Positions 11,190-21,100 of a DNA stretch of 64,000 nt are shown piece by piece. This DNA is from a virus, in IMG/VR virus record IMGVR_UViG_3300046782_000589. One strand, given 5' to 3'. The notes beneath the pieces are model-generated. The model did not search any database and had not been told where the DNA came from. It saw only the letters and a program-made list of their open reading frames with translations. Every line of letters starts with the position of its first letter. Positions within the stretch are counted from its first letter, which is position 1. A program made the translations under genes and the position numbers.

Positions 11190-12764
11190 ATGAGTAGTGT
11201 TATTTCAGGCGGTGTTGGTGATCTGGGCCGGTCAGTTATTTCGTTATGGTTTCGCATTCCAGGCAGCACAATAAACGGTGTTACAAACGAATATAATGAC
11301 TGGCAGGATAGAGTTAATGAAGCCCGTCAAACGGGAGATATCATACCTCCGCGTCCCCGCCGATTTCTCGGTATCGTGCCGTTGATGACGTTCGGCGAAA
11401 CCAACATGAAATCAAAACCCTTTGGGTTTGTGAATACAGTTATTGGCACTCTTCCTCCGCTGATAGCTCATGTTTGGGTTACCCATAGCGGACCTCCTGT
11501 GTGTGATGCTGAGTGGGTGAATAGTCTTGTTTCAGCTGGAGGACCAGTCGGAGGAGCTATTCCGGCGTGGGATGGTGACGTTGCCAAAGTCAGTTTCGAT
11601 ATTGACGGCTCATATATCGGCGTGGACTGCATGGGGAAATACCCCGCTCTTTCGGTCAATATTGTCGCAAGCGGCACGCCGACTATAAAAGGGGCGGATC
11701 CTTACGATAATTCTTTTGAGCAAGACGCATCCTGGGAGGTTCGCGGCAGTGCTATTGATCCATGTCCAGGCCCAACCAAATATCCCAATTTTTGTTATAC
11801 GGAAACTTACGTTTCACAAACACAGACCGTGACCAAGAAAGGTTATGCCAACATAATCGCCGGTTGTTGTCCGGAGACTTTCCGGTTGCTTCCGGCTGGT
11901 TCTGCAGGAAATAGGGGGGTTTCAAACGTGGATGGTACTGTTGGTGGTTATGGCGGCATACAGGTAACACCGGATCATTGGCATCATATCCTTTTATCGC
12001 TGGATCTTACAGGTACCGTTACGTCAAATGGCCGACATGATGTTACGACAACCGTCGGCGGGGACATCAGCACGGGTCCCCCTGGCACCCACACCAGTAG
12101 TTCAACCATACAAATGGTAACAAAAAATGTAGCGAGTTCATGCAAGATGTACCTGGCGTTTGACGGCCAGAATAAAGTTGGAAAGCAATTATCCGTTTAT
12201 TCGACCGTTGGAAACAATATCAGCACTGTTAACGGTGTTTATGTAAGGGATTCTGGAACCATTGATGTTCACGAGACTAAAAATGAAATTGGAGCCTGTG
12301 GTGGGGTTGACATGTCATTCGACAGCACATCGGAGCATGCATCATATGAATTTACGGCTGGCAAGGTTAACGGCAGCAACATAGGCCTGCCGGCTAGTTA
12401 TAGCAATGCAGTCAGGCATGTGGAAATGGCCGAGTTGCAGGTTTTTACTGGTGTTTACATTAATACTGGCAATCCGGAAGCCCTTCATGCCTTCATTCGT
12501 GGAGGCAAACCGGTGTCGCCAACCAAGAAAGCCACTCCCGCCAGTCCGTTTTCTGGTTCAATCGAATATATAGCGAGTGTAGACAATGAGGACGTAGACA
12601 TTCGTGATCGGTCTGCCCACCACCTTGATATTTTATTGCACGGGTCCACGAAATGGCAGCAAGGTGATAATGCTGGCAGCGGTGGCAAGTTTACCCCTAT
12701 CGGCGAAATCAAGGTATACAAGCCGGATCCGAGCCTGGGTGGCGAGCAGGGCAAACCGCAGTAG
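11190..12764 (+). CDS. Low-GC putative receptor-binding protein, LamG/concanavalin-like elements
   Basis: ISLWFRIP, DHWHHILLSLD and EMAELQVFTG resemble LamG strands; visibly AT-richer than its neighbours. Confidence 0.5.
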   Translation: MSSVISGGVGDLGRSVISLWFRIPGSTINGVTNEYNDWQDRVNEARQTGDIIPPRPRRFLGIVPLMTFGETNMKSKPFGFVNTVIGTLPPLIAHVWVTHSGPPVCDAEWVNSLVSAGGPVGGAIPAWDGDVAKVSFDIDGSYIGVDCMGKYPALSVNIVASGTPTIKGADPYDNSFEQDASWEVRGSAIDPCPGPTKYPNFCYTETYVSQTQTVTKKGYANIIAGCCPETFRLLPAGSAGNRGVSNVDGTVGGYGGIQVTPDHWHHILLSLDLTGTVTSNGRHDVTTTVGGDISTGPPGTHTSSSTIQMVTKNVASSCKMYLAFDGQNKVGKQLSVYSTVGNNISTVNGVYVRDSGTIDVHETKNEIGACGGVDMSFDSTSEHASYEFTAGKVNGSNIGLPASYSNAVRHVEMAELQVFTGVYINTGNPEALHAFIRGGKPVSPTKKATPASPFSGSIEYIASVDNEDVDIRDRSAHHLDILLHGSTKWQQGDNAGSGGKFTPIGEIKVYKPDPSLGGEQGKPQ

Positions 12765-12765
12765 C

Positions 12766-12780
12766 TTAACCATTCCTTAA
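12766..12780. promoter_or_regulatory. CtrA-type box upstream of the ejection-protein operon
   Basis: TTAA-CCATTCC-TTAA, an exact match to the TTAA-N7-TTAA consensus. Confidence 0.75.
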
Positions 12781-12841
12781 GCTTTCTCTGCTAGGCCGTG
12801 AAAGGCTGGAAAAGTCCAGTCTTTTCTGAGGCATATGCCCA

Positions 12842-15244
12842 ATGGCAGGAGCATCATCAAGCCAAAGCTCAGGCTCCAGCCAGAGCTATTCCGACACCTA
12901 TATCCCGGAATACTCGCAGACCCCGATCCTGACCGAGATCGCCCAGCACGCGCGATCGATGTCGGACCAAGTTTACAACTGGGGCATGGACCAGTTCAAC
13001 CGGTCCCAGGGCGACATCGATGGCGTGATGCGGGATGCGTTGTCCTACGCCTCCCCCCAGCGCATTGCCGTCGACATGGGCCAGGCCGAGAGCGGCGTGC
13101 AGCAGGCCGGCGAGCGCGGCCGTCTCTCCGCAGAGCGCGACCTGCAGTCCTACGGCATCGACCCGTCGAGCGGGCGCTATGCCGCGCTCGACAGCGCCAA
13201 CCGGGTGATGACCGCGGCGGCGGCAGCGGGTGCCGGCAACCAGCAGCGCATGGCCGACCAGGCCGCCGGCAACGCGATGCGCCAGCAGGCGATCTCGGCT
13301 GGACTGCAGAACAACCAGTTCGGCCTCGGGGTCGGCAATTCGGCGAACGCCTTCCTGAACACGGCCTCGCAGCTGAAATACCCGCCGCTTGGACGCTTTT
13401 CGGAGTCCACCAGCCAGCAGCAGAGCACGAGCGGCAGCGTGACGTCCGATCCGCCGCAGAGTGGTGGCAGCGGTGGCCAGCCGAAGCAGGGCGGCGGAGG
13501 CGGTGGCGGTGGACAGCCGAAGCAACCGGCAGCACCCAAGCCGGAGAAGCCAAAGCCGCCGGATGACCCAGGGCCCCCCAAGGGAAAACCGCAAGGACCT
13601 CAGGGCCAGCCGAAAGAGACGCCGAAGCCGGGAGAGACGCCGCCGGAGGAATCTCCTTTTACGATAGGGCCTGACGGGAAACCTTACGGTGGCGAGCCAG
13701 CGCCCGAAGGCGAGCCCTATGACAACTACAGGCCGCCGGATGAACCTTTGCTGCCCGCCGACCAGGATCCGCTCCTGCCGCCACCGGATGAACCTTTGCT
13801 GCCCGCCGACCAGGATCCGCTCCTGCCGCCTGCGGGCGAGGCGCTGGTTGATAACTCCGGCTACGATCCGTACCAGAATTCGCCTGCCAGCATGACGGCC
13901 CAGGCCATCGATCCGAACACGGGACAGCCACTAGGCTGGGGGAACGACCAGCCCGCGGCCGATCCGGCCGGCAGCCTGTACGGGATGGATCAGAGTGGCT
14001 GGACCGGTGATACGGGTGTCACCCCGGCTGGCTATGATCAACCGGTCACCGATCAGTCCCAGATGTGGTCGGACACCGGCCAGGGGACGCTGGCGCCTCC
14101 TGCACCGGGTTCTACCGATCAAAACGCTGGTTCTAACGACCCCAATACTGGTTATGGCGACCCGTTTGCGGATTTGACACCACCGGACGAATCCGGGTTC
14201 CAGCCTCCGGATTATAGCGATCCCAATGCAGTTGGTAATGCAGATGTCTCCGGTGGCGATTATTCCGGAAATTATGCCGGTGGCGATTATTCCGGAAATT
14301 ATGCCGGTGGCGATTATTCTGGAGGTGGTGGCGATTATTCAGCCAGCGGCGGCGACTACTCCGGTGGAGATTACTCCGGTGGAGATTACTCCGGTGGAGA
14401 TTACTCCGGGGGTGATTACTCCGGTGGCGACTACTCCGGTGGCGACTACTCCGGAGGTGATTACTCTAACGACAATACAAGCGGCGATTATTCAGGCGGT
14501 GACTACTCCGGCGGTGGTGACTACTCCGGCGGTGGTGACTACTCCGGCGGCGATAGTGGTGGTGACTATTCCAGCGGTAATTACGCCCGTGGCGGCACGG
14601 TCAGGCGTCCACTGAGGAGACCGAACATGCCTCGGCGCATGCCCCCTCCAGGACTGCGTCCTCCGATGCGTACCGGTTACCGGCCACGACCCATGCAGCG
14701 TCCGCCCGGGTTCGCCCGCGGCGGCCCGATGCCGGGACCAGGCGGCATCACCATGGACCCGCCGCCACCCAAGCAGAGACAGCCAAAGCCGCCGCAGGCA
14801 CCGCGTCCACCGCGCGGCGCACCAATGGCGGCACCAGGCGGCCCGCGCCCCGTCCCGATGGGCCAGGGTCCGCGCATGCCCGGCAACTTCATCTCGGCCA
14901 ACGGCATGCCGCCGCCCACGACCGGCGGGATGATGCCGCCACAACGCATGGCCCAGGGGGGACAGGCCGGCCGCATCGCGGAGCCGACCACGGGTGGGTT
15001 CGTGTCACGATCCTTGAGCCCGTCCGGCGGCTCGACCACCGACGACGTCAACGCGCGGCTCAACGCGGGAGAATTCGTGATCCCGAAGGACATCGCGGCG
15101 TGGAAGGGCAAGGAGTTCTTCTACAAGCTGATCGCCCAGGCCCGTAAGCAGCGATCGGGCGATAGCCAGAATTCCCAGAATTCCCAGAAGCCCCAGAAGC
15201 CCCAGGGAATGCCAACAGGCTACGGGCCGCGAGGGATGCGATGA
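12842..15244 (+). CDS. Putative internal virion (ejection) protein, low complexity
   Basis: 800 aa, Pro/Gly/Asp-rich; C-terminal GGSTTDDVNARLNAGEFVIP motif common in phage virion proteins. Confidence 0.65.
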   Translation: MAGASSSQSSGSSQSYSDTYIPEYSQTPILTEIAQHARSMSDQVYNWGMDQFNRSQGDIDGVMRDALSYASPQRIAVDMGQAESGVQQAGERGRLSAERDLQSYGIDPSSGRYAALDSANRVMTAAAAAGAGNQQRMADQAAGNAMRQQAISAGLQNNQFGLGVGNSANAFLNTASQLKYPPLGRFSESTSQQQSTSGSVTSDPPQSGGSGGQPKQGGGGGGGGQPKQPAAPKPEKPKPPDDPGPPKGKPQGPQGQPKETPKPGETPPEESPFTIGPDGKPYGGEPAPEGEPYDNYRPPDEPLLPADQDPLLPPPDEPLLPADQDPLLPPAGEALVDNSGYDPYQNSPASMTAQAIDPNTGQPLGWGNDQPAADPAGSLYGMDQSGWTGDTGVTPAGYDQPVTDQSQMWSDTGQGTLAPPAPGSTDQNAGSNDPNTGYGDPFADLTPPDESGFQPPDYSDPNAVGNADVSGGDYSGNYAGGDYSGNYAGGDYSGGGGDYSASGGDYSGGDYSGGDYSGGDYSGGDYSGGDYSGGDYSGGDYSNDNTSGDYSGGDYSGGGDYSGGGDYSGGDSGGDYSSGNYARGGTVRRPLRRPNMPRRMPPPGLRPPMRTGYRPRPMQRPPGFARGGPMPGPGGITMDPPPPKQRQPKPPQAPRPPRGAPMAAPGGPRPVPMGQGPRMPGNFISANGMPPPTTGGMMPPQRMAQGGQAGRIAEPTTGGFVSRSLSPSGGSTTDDVNARLNAGEFVIPKDIAAWKGKEFFYKLIAQARKQRSGDSQNSQNSQKPQKPQGMPTGYGPRGMR
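14271..14580 (+). repeat. Intragenic 15/18-bp tandem repeat encoding (GGDYS)n
   Basis: About 18 imperfect copies of ggtggNgaYtactcc. Confidence 0.9.
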
Positions 15245-18126
15245 GAACCGGCTTCGGAAGCAACTATACCCCTCCCGTGGGGATCCCCTCATCGAGCGGG
15301 GATGGCGGGGATGGCGGGAGTGGCGGGAATTACGGGTCAGGCAGCGATGGCGGCGGTGCCGGCAGCGCGCAGGCCTACCGTCGCGGCGGTCCGGTCAGCA
15401 AGCGGAAGAAGCGTCGCAAGAAGCGTCGTGTCGGCTACGCCGATGGCGGCATGGTCGATCCGCTGCTGATGTCGGTGTCACTCGACGCGCGCTCGAAAAA
15501 CCCGATGCACACCGTCGAGGACCGCGAGCCGCTGGCGACACGACCAGCCAACCCTCCCAGCGCGCCGGACAAGTTTGGCTACCAGGAAGGCGGCGAGGTC
15601 GAGGACGATCAGGACAATACTGACGAGCAGGTGACTGATGAGGAGGAAGATCCCGAGGAGCAGATAGCGAAGGACGACGAAACAGTAGACGACGAAGAAA
15701 AGCCTTTGGAGGAGGCAGACGAAGGAAAGTCCGAGAAACAGCCCGAGGAACAGCCCGAGGAACAGCCCGAGGAACAACCGGCGCAACAACCCGGGCAGCA
15801 GGCTCCCGCCCCTGCAGGGCAAGGTGCTGCAGCGGGAGCTCCACCGCAGACCGGCTACAATCAGCCACCCCCTCCACCGCCAGACCAGGGTGAACAGCCG
15901 CAGGAGCAGACCGGCTACAACCAGCAGCAGCCGGCCCCGGAGCAGAGCGCGCTCAAGGCCGCGCTCGACTACACGCGCCAGAAGCTGGGCGTCGAGGCGA
16001 AGGCGCCCGCGCAGCCAACCGAAGACACACCGGAGCAGCAGCGCGCTGCAGCCAGTGCGGCAACCGCGCAGGCAGCAGCGCCGTCCGGACAGAGCGGGGT
16101 CGCCGCTCCGAACCAGGACGAAGAACAACCTTCCCCGCAACCGGCACCCGCGCCGGCTGTGCCGGAGGAGCCCGGCGCGCGGGTGCCTGCATCCCCGCGC
16201 GCCGCGCCCTCCACGCAGCCCTCCGGTACTGCGAGCGGCCGCGGCGACCCGAAGGCACTGCAGGACTACGTGTCCGGCAAAGACGCCTACACGCCGCAAG
16301 AAATGACGGACCTGCTCGATCGCACCAACCAGGCCGACCCGAACCTCGGCCAGGATGGCGCCATCCACGCCGCGTTCAAGAACCTGGTCGACAGCAACGA
16401 CATCGACGGCGCGGGCAAGTTCCTGCAGGCACTGCGGCCGTCCTACGACAAGGTGCGCGCGCTGATGATCGCGGCGAGCGCGCAGGGCGACTTCACCTCC
16501 GCGATGCAGTTGGCCGAACGGCTCAACAATTTGATCCCGAGCGGCGACAAGACCACGTTCGCCCAGGGGCCGGACGGCCGCATCGTTGCGACTATCCAGC
16601 CTCTGGGAGGCGGGCAGCCGACCCAGTTCAACCTGACACCGGAGCAGTTCGCCCGTTACGCCAACTCGCCACTCAGCCTGTTCGACCACACCGCCGAACA
16701 GGGGATGGCCACCAATTTATCGATGCTGACCGGCGGACCTGGCCAGCAAGCTCCAGTCCGATACGCGCAGGCGCCTGGCGCCACCATGACGGATGCCAGT
16801 GGCGCGGCACCAGCAGCTGCGACCGGCTACAATCCCAAGACCCCGGGGGGAGCCCAGGGAGCACAAATCCTCAATGAGCAGGGCGCAACACCAGCGGGCG
16901 CGACCACGGCTGCGGGTGCCGAGAAGATGAAGGCTGACGCTGCGGCAAGGCGGGCGGCAGGATTGCCGGCGGTGGCTCCTGCGCCGCCGGGAGCAGCTAC
17001 ACCGGCAGCCGCTCCAGCAGCCGCTCCAGCAGCAACGCCTGCCGATCCGGCAGCGCCTTACGGATATTCGAAAGTCCGAGTCGTAGATCAAAAAACCGGA
17101 CAGGTTATAAGTGAGACCATAGTACGACGTTCGCAACCTGCAAAACCAGGCGATCCGGTACTCAATGCCCAGGGTCAGCCAGTTGGAGGTGCCCAGCCTC
17201 CGGCAACAACCCCAGCCGGTCAGCAGTCTCCGGGGACTGGTCCGGGTACCAGGTATTTGAACCCTTACATATATCCGAACGCACCGCGTAACCCCGCATT
17301 GCCACCACCCATACCTTCTGCAAGTCAGCCGCGCCCCGCCGCTCAACCTCCAGTGACTGGCTACAGCAACAACGGGCAGCAACCCCAGCCGCTGTTGCGA
17401 TCACAAGATCCAAACCGGCCATCCAACGAGTGGATTGCGTGGAATGCATTCAAGAACAGTTCTCCGCAATCACGCATCGCGCGCGGACGCTATTTCCAGC
17501 AGCTTGAAATGGAGGACCGCAGGGAGGAGCGGGCAGCCCAGGAGAGGTCGTTCAAGCAAACACCACAGAACAAGATGGATCTTGAGGTATATAAACAGGA
17601 GCAGGCGAACGTACGCAACCGGTTGACCAACCAGACCCAGTCCGACCGCACCCAGGCCATGCGGGACAACAACTGGATTACCAGTTCTGCATCTACGGCG
17701 AATGCCGCAACACAGGGTTTAATTCGGGACCTGGTAAGCCGACGGACCGCATTCTACAAGGATACGAATAATGAAGGAAAACCGTTCCCGCTGACAGAAG
17801 CCGATAAATCCGTGATCCAATATGCAACAACACGGCTTACTCCGGGACCGGGAACTGTAAACTTCAACCAGCTGAGACCAAGTACATTCGCGGCGCCTCC
17901 GGGAGCACCTGCACCAGCACAGGCTGCCCCCGCGCCAGCTGCAGCACCCACCCAGCCGCCGAATCCGGTGCTGCCGTCGGGAACGACCCTGGAAACCTAT
18001 CGGGGCGACAAGCCTCCCACCTCTGACGGCAACCAGTTGCCAGCCGATTCTCCGTGGGTGTGGGGCCGTAGCAAATCGACCGGCGCGTGGAGTGTCCGGC
18101 CGAGATCAGCCCAGCCGGGGCCATAA
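15241..18126 (+). CDS. Putative internal virion (ejection) protein
   Basis: 961 aa, acidic and Pro/Gln/Ala-rich; ATGA-coupled to its neighbour. Confidence 0.65.
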   Translation: MRTGFGSNYTPPVGIPSSSGDGGDGGSGGNYGSGSDGGGAGSAQAYRRGGPVSKRKKRRKKRRVGYADGGMVDPLLMSVSLDARSKNPMHTVEDREPLATRPANPPSAPDKFGYQEGGEVEDDQDNTDEQVTDEEEDPEEQIAKDDETVDDEEKPLEEADEGKSEKQPEEQPEEQPEEQPAQQPGQQAPAPAGQGAAAGAPPQTGYNQPPPPPPDQGEQPQEQTGYNQQQPAPEQSALKAALDYTRQKLGVEAKAPAQPTEDTPEQQRAAASAATAQAAAPSGQSGVAAPNQDEEQPSPQPAPAPAVPEEPGARVPASPRAAPSTQPSGTASGRGDPKALQDYVSGKDAYTPQEMTDLLDRTNQADPNLGQDGAIHAAFKNLVDSNDIDGAGKFLQALRPSYDKVRALMIAASAQGDFTSAMQLAERLNNLIPSGDKTTFAQGPDGRIVATIQPLGGGQPTQFNLTPEQFARYANSPLSLFDHTAEQGMATNLSMLTGGPGQQAPVRYAQAPGATMTDASGAAPAAATGYNPKTPGGAQGAQILNEQGATPAGATTAAGAEKMKADAAARRAAGLPAVAPAPPGAATPAAAPAAAPAATPADPAAPYGYSKVRVVDQKTGQVISETIVRRSQPAKPGDPVLNAQGQPVGGAQPPATTPAGQQSPGTGPGTRYLNPYIYPNAPRNPALPPPIPSASQPRPAAQPPVTGYSNNGQQPQPLLRSQDPNRPSNEWIAWNAFKNSSPQSRIARGRYFQQLEMEDRREERAAQERSFKQTPQNKMDLEVYKQEQANVRNRLTNQTQSDRTQAMRDNNWITSSASTANAATQGLIRDLVSRRTAFYKDTNNEGKPFPLTEADKSVIQYATTRLTPGPGTVNFNQLRPSTFAAPPGAPAPAQAAPAPAAAPTQPPNPVLPSGTTLETYRGDKPPTSDGNQLPADSPWVWGRSKSTGAWSVRPRSAQPGP

Positions 18127-18128
18127 CC

Positions 18129-21100
18129 ATGGCCTACGACGACGAAGATCCAGAAGTCGAAAACCAGGACACCGAAAACCAGGACGTCGAAACGCCGGCT
18201 CCTGTTCAGGTTGCGGAAGCTACTGAGCCGCCACCACCCCAGCAATATGCAGCAGTTGCCAAGACGGCACCCCCGGCGGGAGACGACTGGGAACCCTATC
18301 CTGCCGCTCCTGCCGCTCCTGCCGCTCCTGCCGCATCCGCCAGGACCGCACCACCAGCCGCCACGGCAGCGGGGGGCGATGACTGGGAGCCGTATGTCCA
18401 ACCGGGCGAGGCGACCCTCGCTGGCGGACTTGATGTGGCCAGAAAAGGGTTCCTCCAGCCGCTCATCGAAGGTGCTGGCCAGGTGGTCAGCCAAGCCTCC
18501 ATCGTCTCACCCAACCCCTACAACCAGCTGCAGCCTGCCGACGAGCCGGACCCGGATCCGAACAAGGCTGCGTTCAGTGTCCCGTCCGGGCGCGGCCCGT
18601 TAGCCGGCGAACGCGCGTCGGCGCAACGCCAGCAGGCAGCCGCCAGCGCGGCCGCGCAGGCGCGTATCGAAGAAGAGAGGAAGGTGCCGTTCAAGGATCG
18701 ATGGGCGGCCGGAGTCGGCGAAAAAATCAAGGGAGCAGCACCAGTCGTCACCCCGCAGGAGGCAGCGACCTACCCGAAAACCGTAGCGGTAACCAACGTA
18801 CTTGGCGGGGGCGCTGGGGCGGTGCTGGCCGCCACCGCCGGGTCGGCTATCGCAGGACCGATAGGCGGGATGGCAGCAGGTGCCGCCTACATGGGGGCGC
18901 AGTCGCGCGGGGCCGAATACGACCGCGCGAGCGCGGCGATCGACGCACGTATTGCGTATGCCCAGCGCGCTGGCGACACGGCCACGGCCCAGCGGCTGGC
19001 TGCCAACAAGGAAGACGAAGCGGCGAAGGCCGCCAACATGTCGACCGTCGTCAACACCGCCATCGGCGCGGCGCCGATCGGCATGATCCTGAAGCCGATC
19101 CAGAATATGGCACCGGGAGCGGTTGGCCGTCTCTGGGCCATATTGGACCACTCGTGGAAGGGCAGCGTGACCTTCGGCAGCGCCGCCGAACTGCAGGAAT
19201 ATCTCGGCGCGCAGATGGCCAAGGCGTACGACCCCAAGGCCCACTACGACTTCGACTACAAGCGCCTTCTCGCCAATCTGGCTGGCGGCCTCATCTTTAG
19301 TGCTTTCGGAGGGGCGACCCAGCGGCGCCCCCCTGCAGCCCCCGCGCCTCCCGCGCCTCCCGAACCCGCTCCTACCCAGCCGGGCGTGAAGAACCAGGCC
19401 TGGACCGGACCCCCTGCTGACATCCCGCCCGCGGTGCCGCCAGCACAGGGGCAGTTGCCGTTCCCCTCGACCGATCGCCCCTACAATATCCTGGAAACCA
19501 ACAGGGCACCGCCGCAGGAAGCCCAGATCGGTGGCGGCGAGCCGCAGCTTGGCCTGCCGCTTGAAGGCGCGCACCAGCCGGAGCCCGGTCGTCCACCCTC
19601 CCAGGGCAACAAGTGGACCGGCCCGCCGGCAGCGCCGCTCCCGGATCGCCCGTCCCCGCCGCCGCAGCCGCGACAAGGCGAGCTCGCGCTCGAACCGCCG
19701 TCGACCGTCAACACGCAAGGCCAGCTGGGCTTTGGCGTCGAGGCCCCGCGCGGGGGTGGCATACCGCGAACCACTCTCCAGGACGGCAGGTGGGTTACCG
19801 AGGCAACGTCCCGATCGGCGATGCCGGATACCGGCGGGGTGGCCAAGGAGGCCGTGCCCCCGCCGCGCGCGCCGCCACCCGAACCACCGCCTGTACCGCC
19901 GGGCGAGCCTCCAGCTCCCGGCACCCCGGGCGCCGCCGCGCATGCGGTCGGCACCATGGAGCGCGCCGCATGGGAGAGACAGCAGGCCGCGCTGCCTGCC
20001 CCGGCCGCGCCGGTCGAGCCGCCGCCACAAGCGCCCCCCGATCCATGGGGTTGGCAAGGACCGCACAGCGCCGTAACCGAAGCCGCGAAGCAGAGAGAGC
20101 TTGGCGTAACCCCGCAGGCCGCCGCCGGCATCAACGTCATGCAGCCGGGACAGGTGGACCCGACGCTGCAGCACGCCGCCGCCTACCCGGCGCCCGAGCG
20201 CACGACGTTCGAGCCGCCACGGCCGCCGGACGGCACCAACGTTCCGGGGAAGTGGGCACCGCTACCGACCGACCGGTCGCTAGTACCGCGCCCGGCCGAG
20301 GGTACCCAGGGCGTAACCGAGCCGCCGGTCCCGACCAACCACACCCGGATGTACCAGGGTGAGCGACATCCGCCGAACACGTTCACGACCGATCGCGCGA
20401 CCGCGGAGCGGTACGGCGCCGTGAAGGCGGTCGACGTCCACAACAGACAGGGCATGCCGTTCTTCACCCCGTCGAACGAGCCCGGCACATTCACCACCCG
20501 CAACAACATTTACCGGACGCGCTCGCGGCCGGTCGAGGAGTTGCGCACTGAACCCGCGGCCAGGACTGCCGAGGTGCCGACACCAGAGGTGAAGCCGCCA
20601 GAGGTGAAGCCGCCAGAGGTGAAGCCGCCAGAGCCGGAACAGCCGCCGCTACCGGGAATCAAAGTGGCGGGACCTGAGCTGGAGCAGAAGCTCAAGACGA
20701 TGACGCCGGAGGCGGAAGTACCCTACGAGCAGGTCAAGAAAGCCCTGGTAGCGGCGGGCTACGACAAAGACACCGTCAACAACATGGATGAGGGGCTGGC
20801 CAGGGCTTGGTGGAAATTGCAGCAGATCAAAGAAAATCCGCCCGTCACGCCCCCCCCGAAGCCCGCATTGGCGACCCCGGCGGCCGAGTCGACGACGGGG
20901 AAGAACAAGGAAGTCGTATATTTCAAGCCGTCACTAGGCACCGAGAGGAAGGCCCGCTTCACCGAAAAGCTCACGCTCAAGCAAGCCCTGAAACGGCACG
21001 GGGTCGCGGAAGGGCTGATGGGATTTACGCCAAAACTGCGCAGGATGATGGAGAAGATGATCGGCAACATGCCGGTGTACTTCCTGCCGAACAGCGAATT

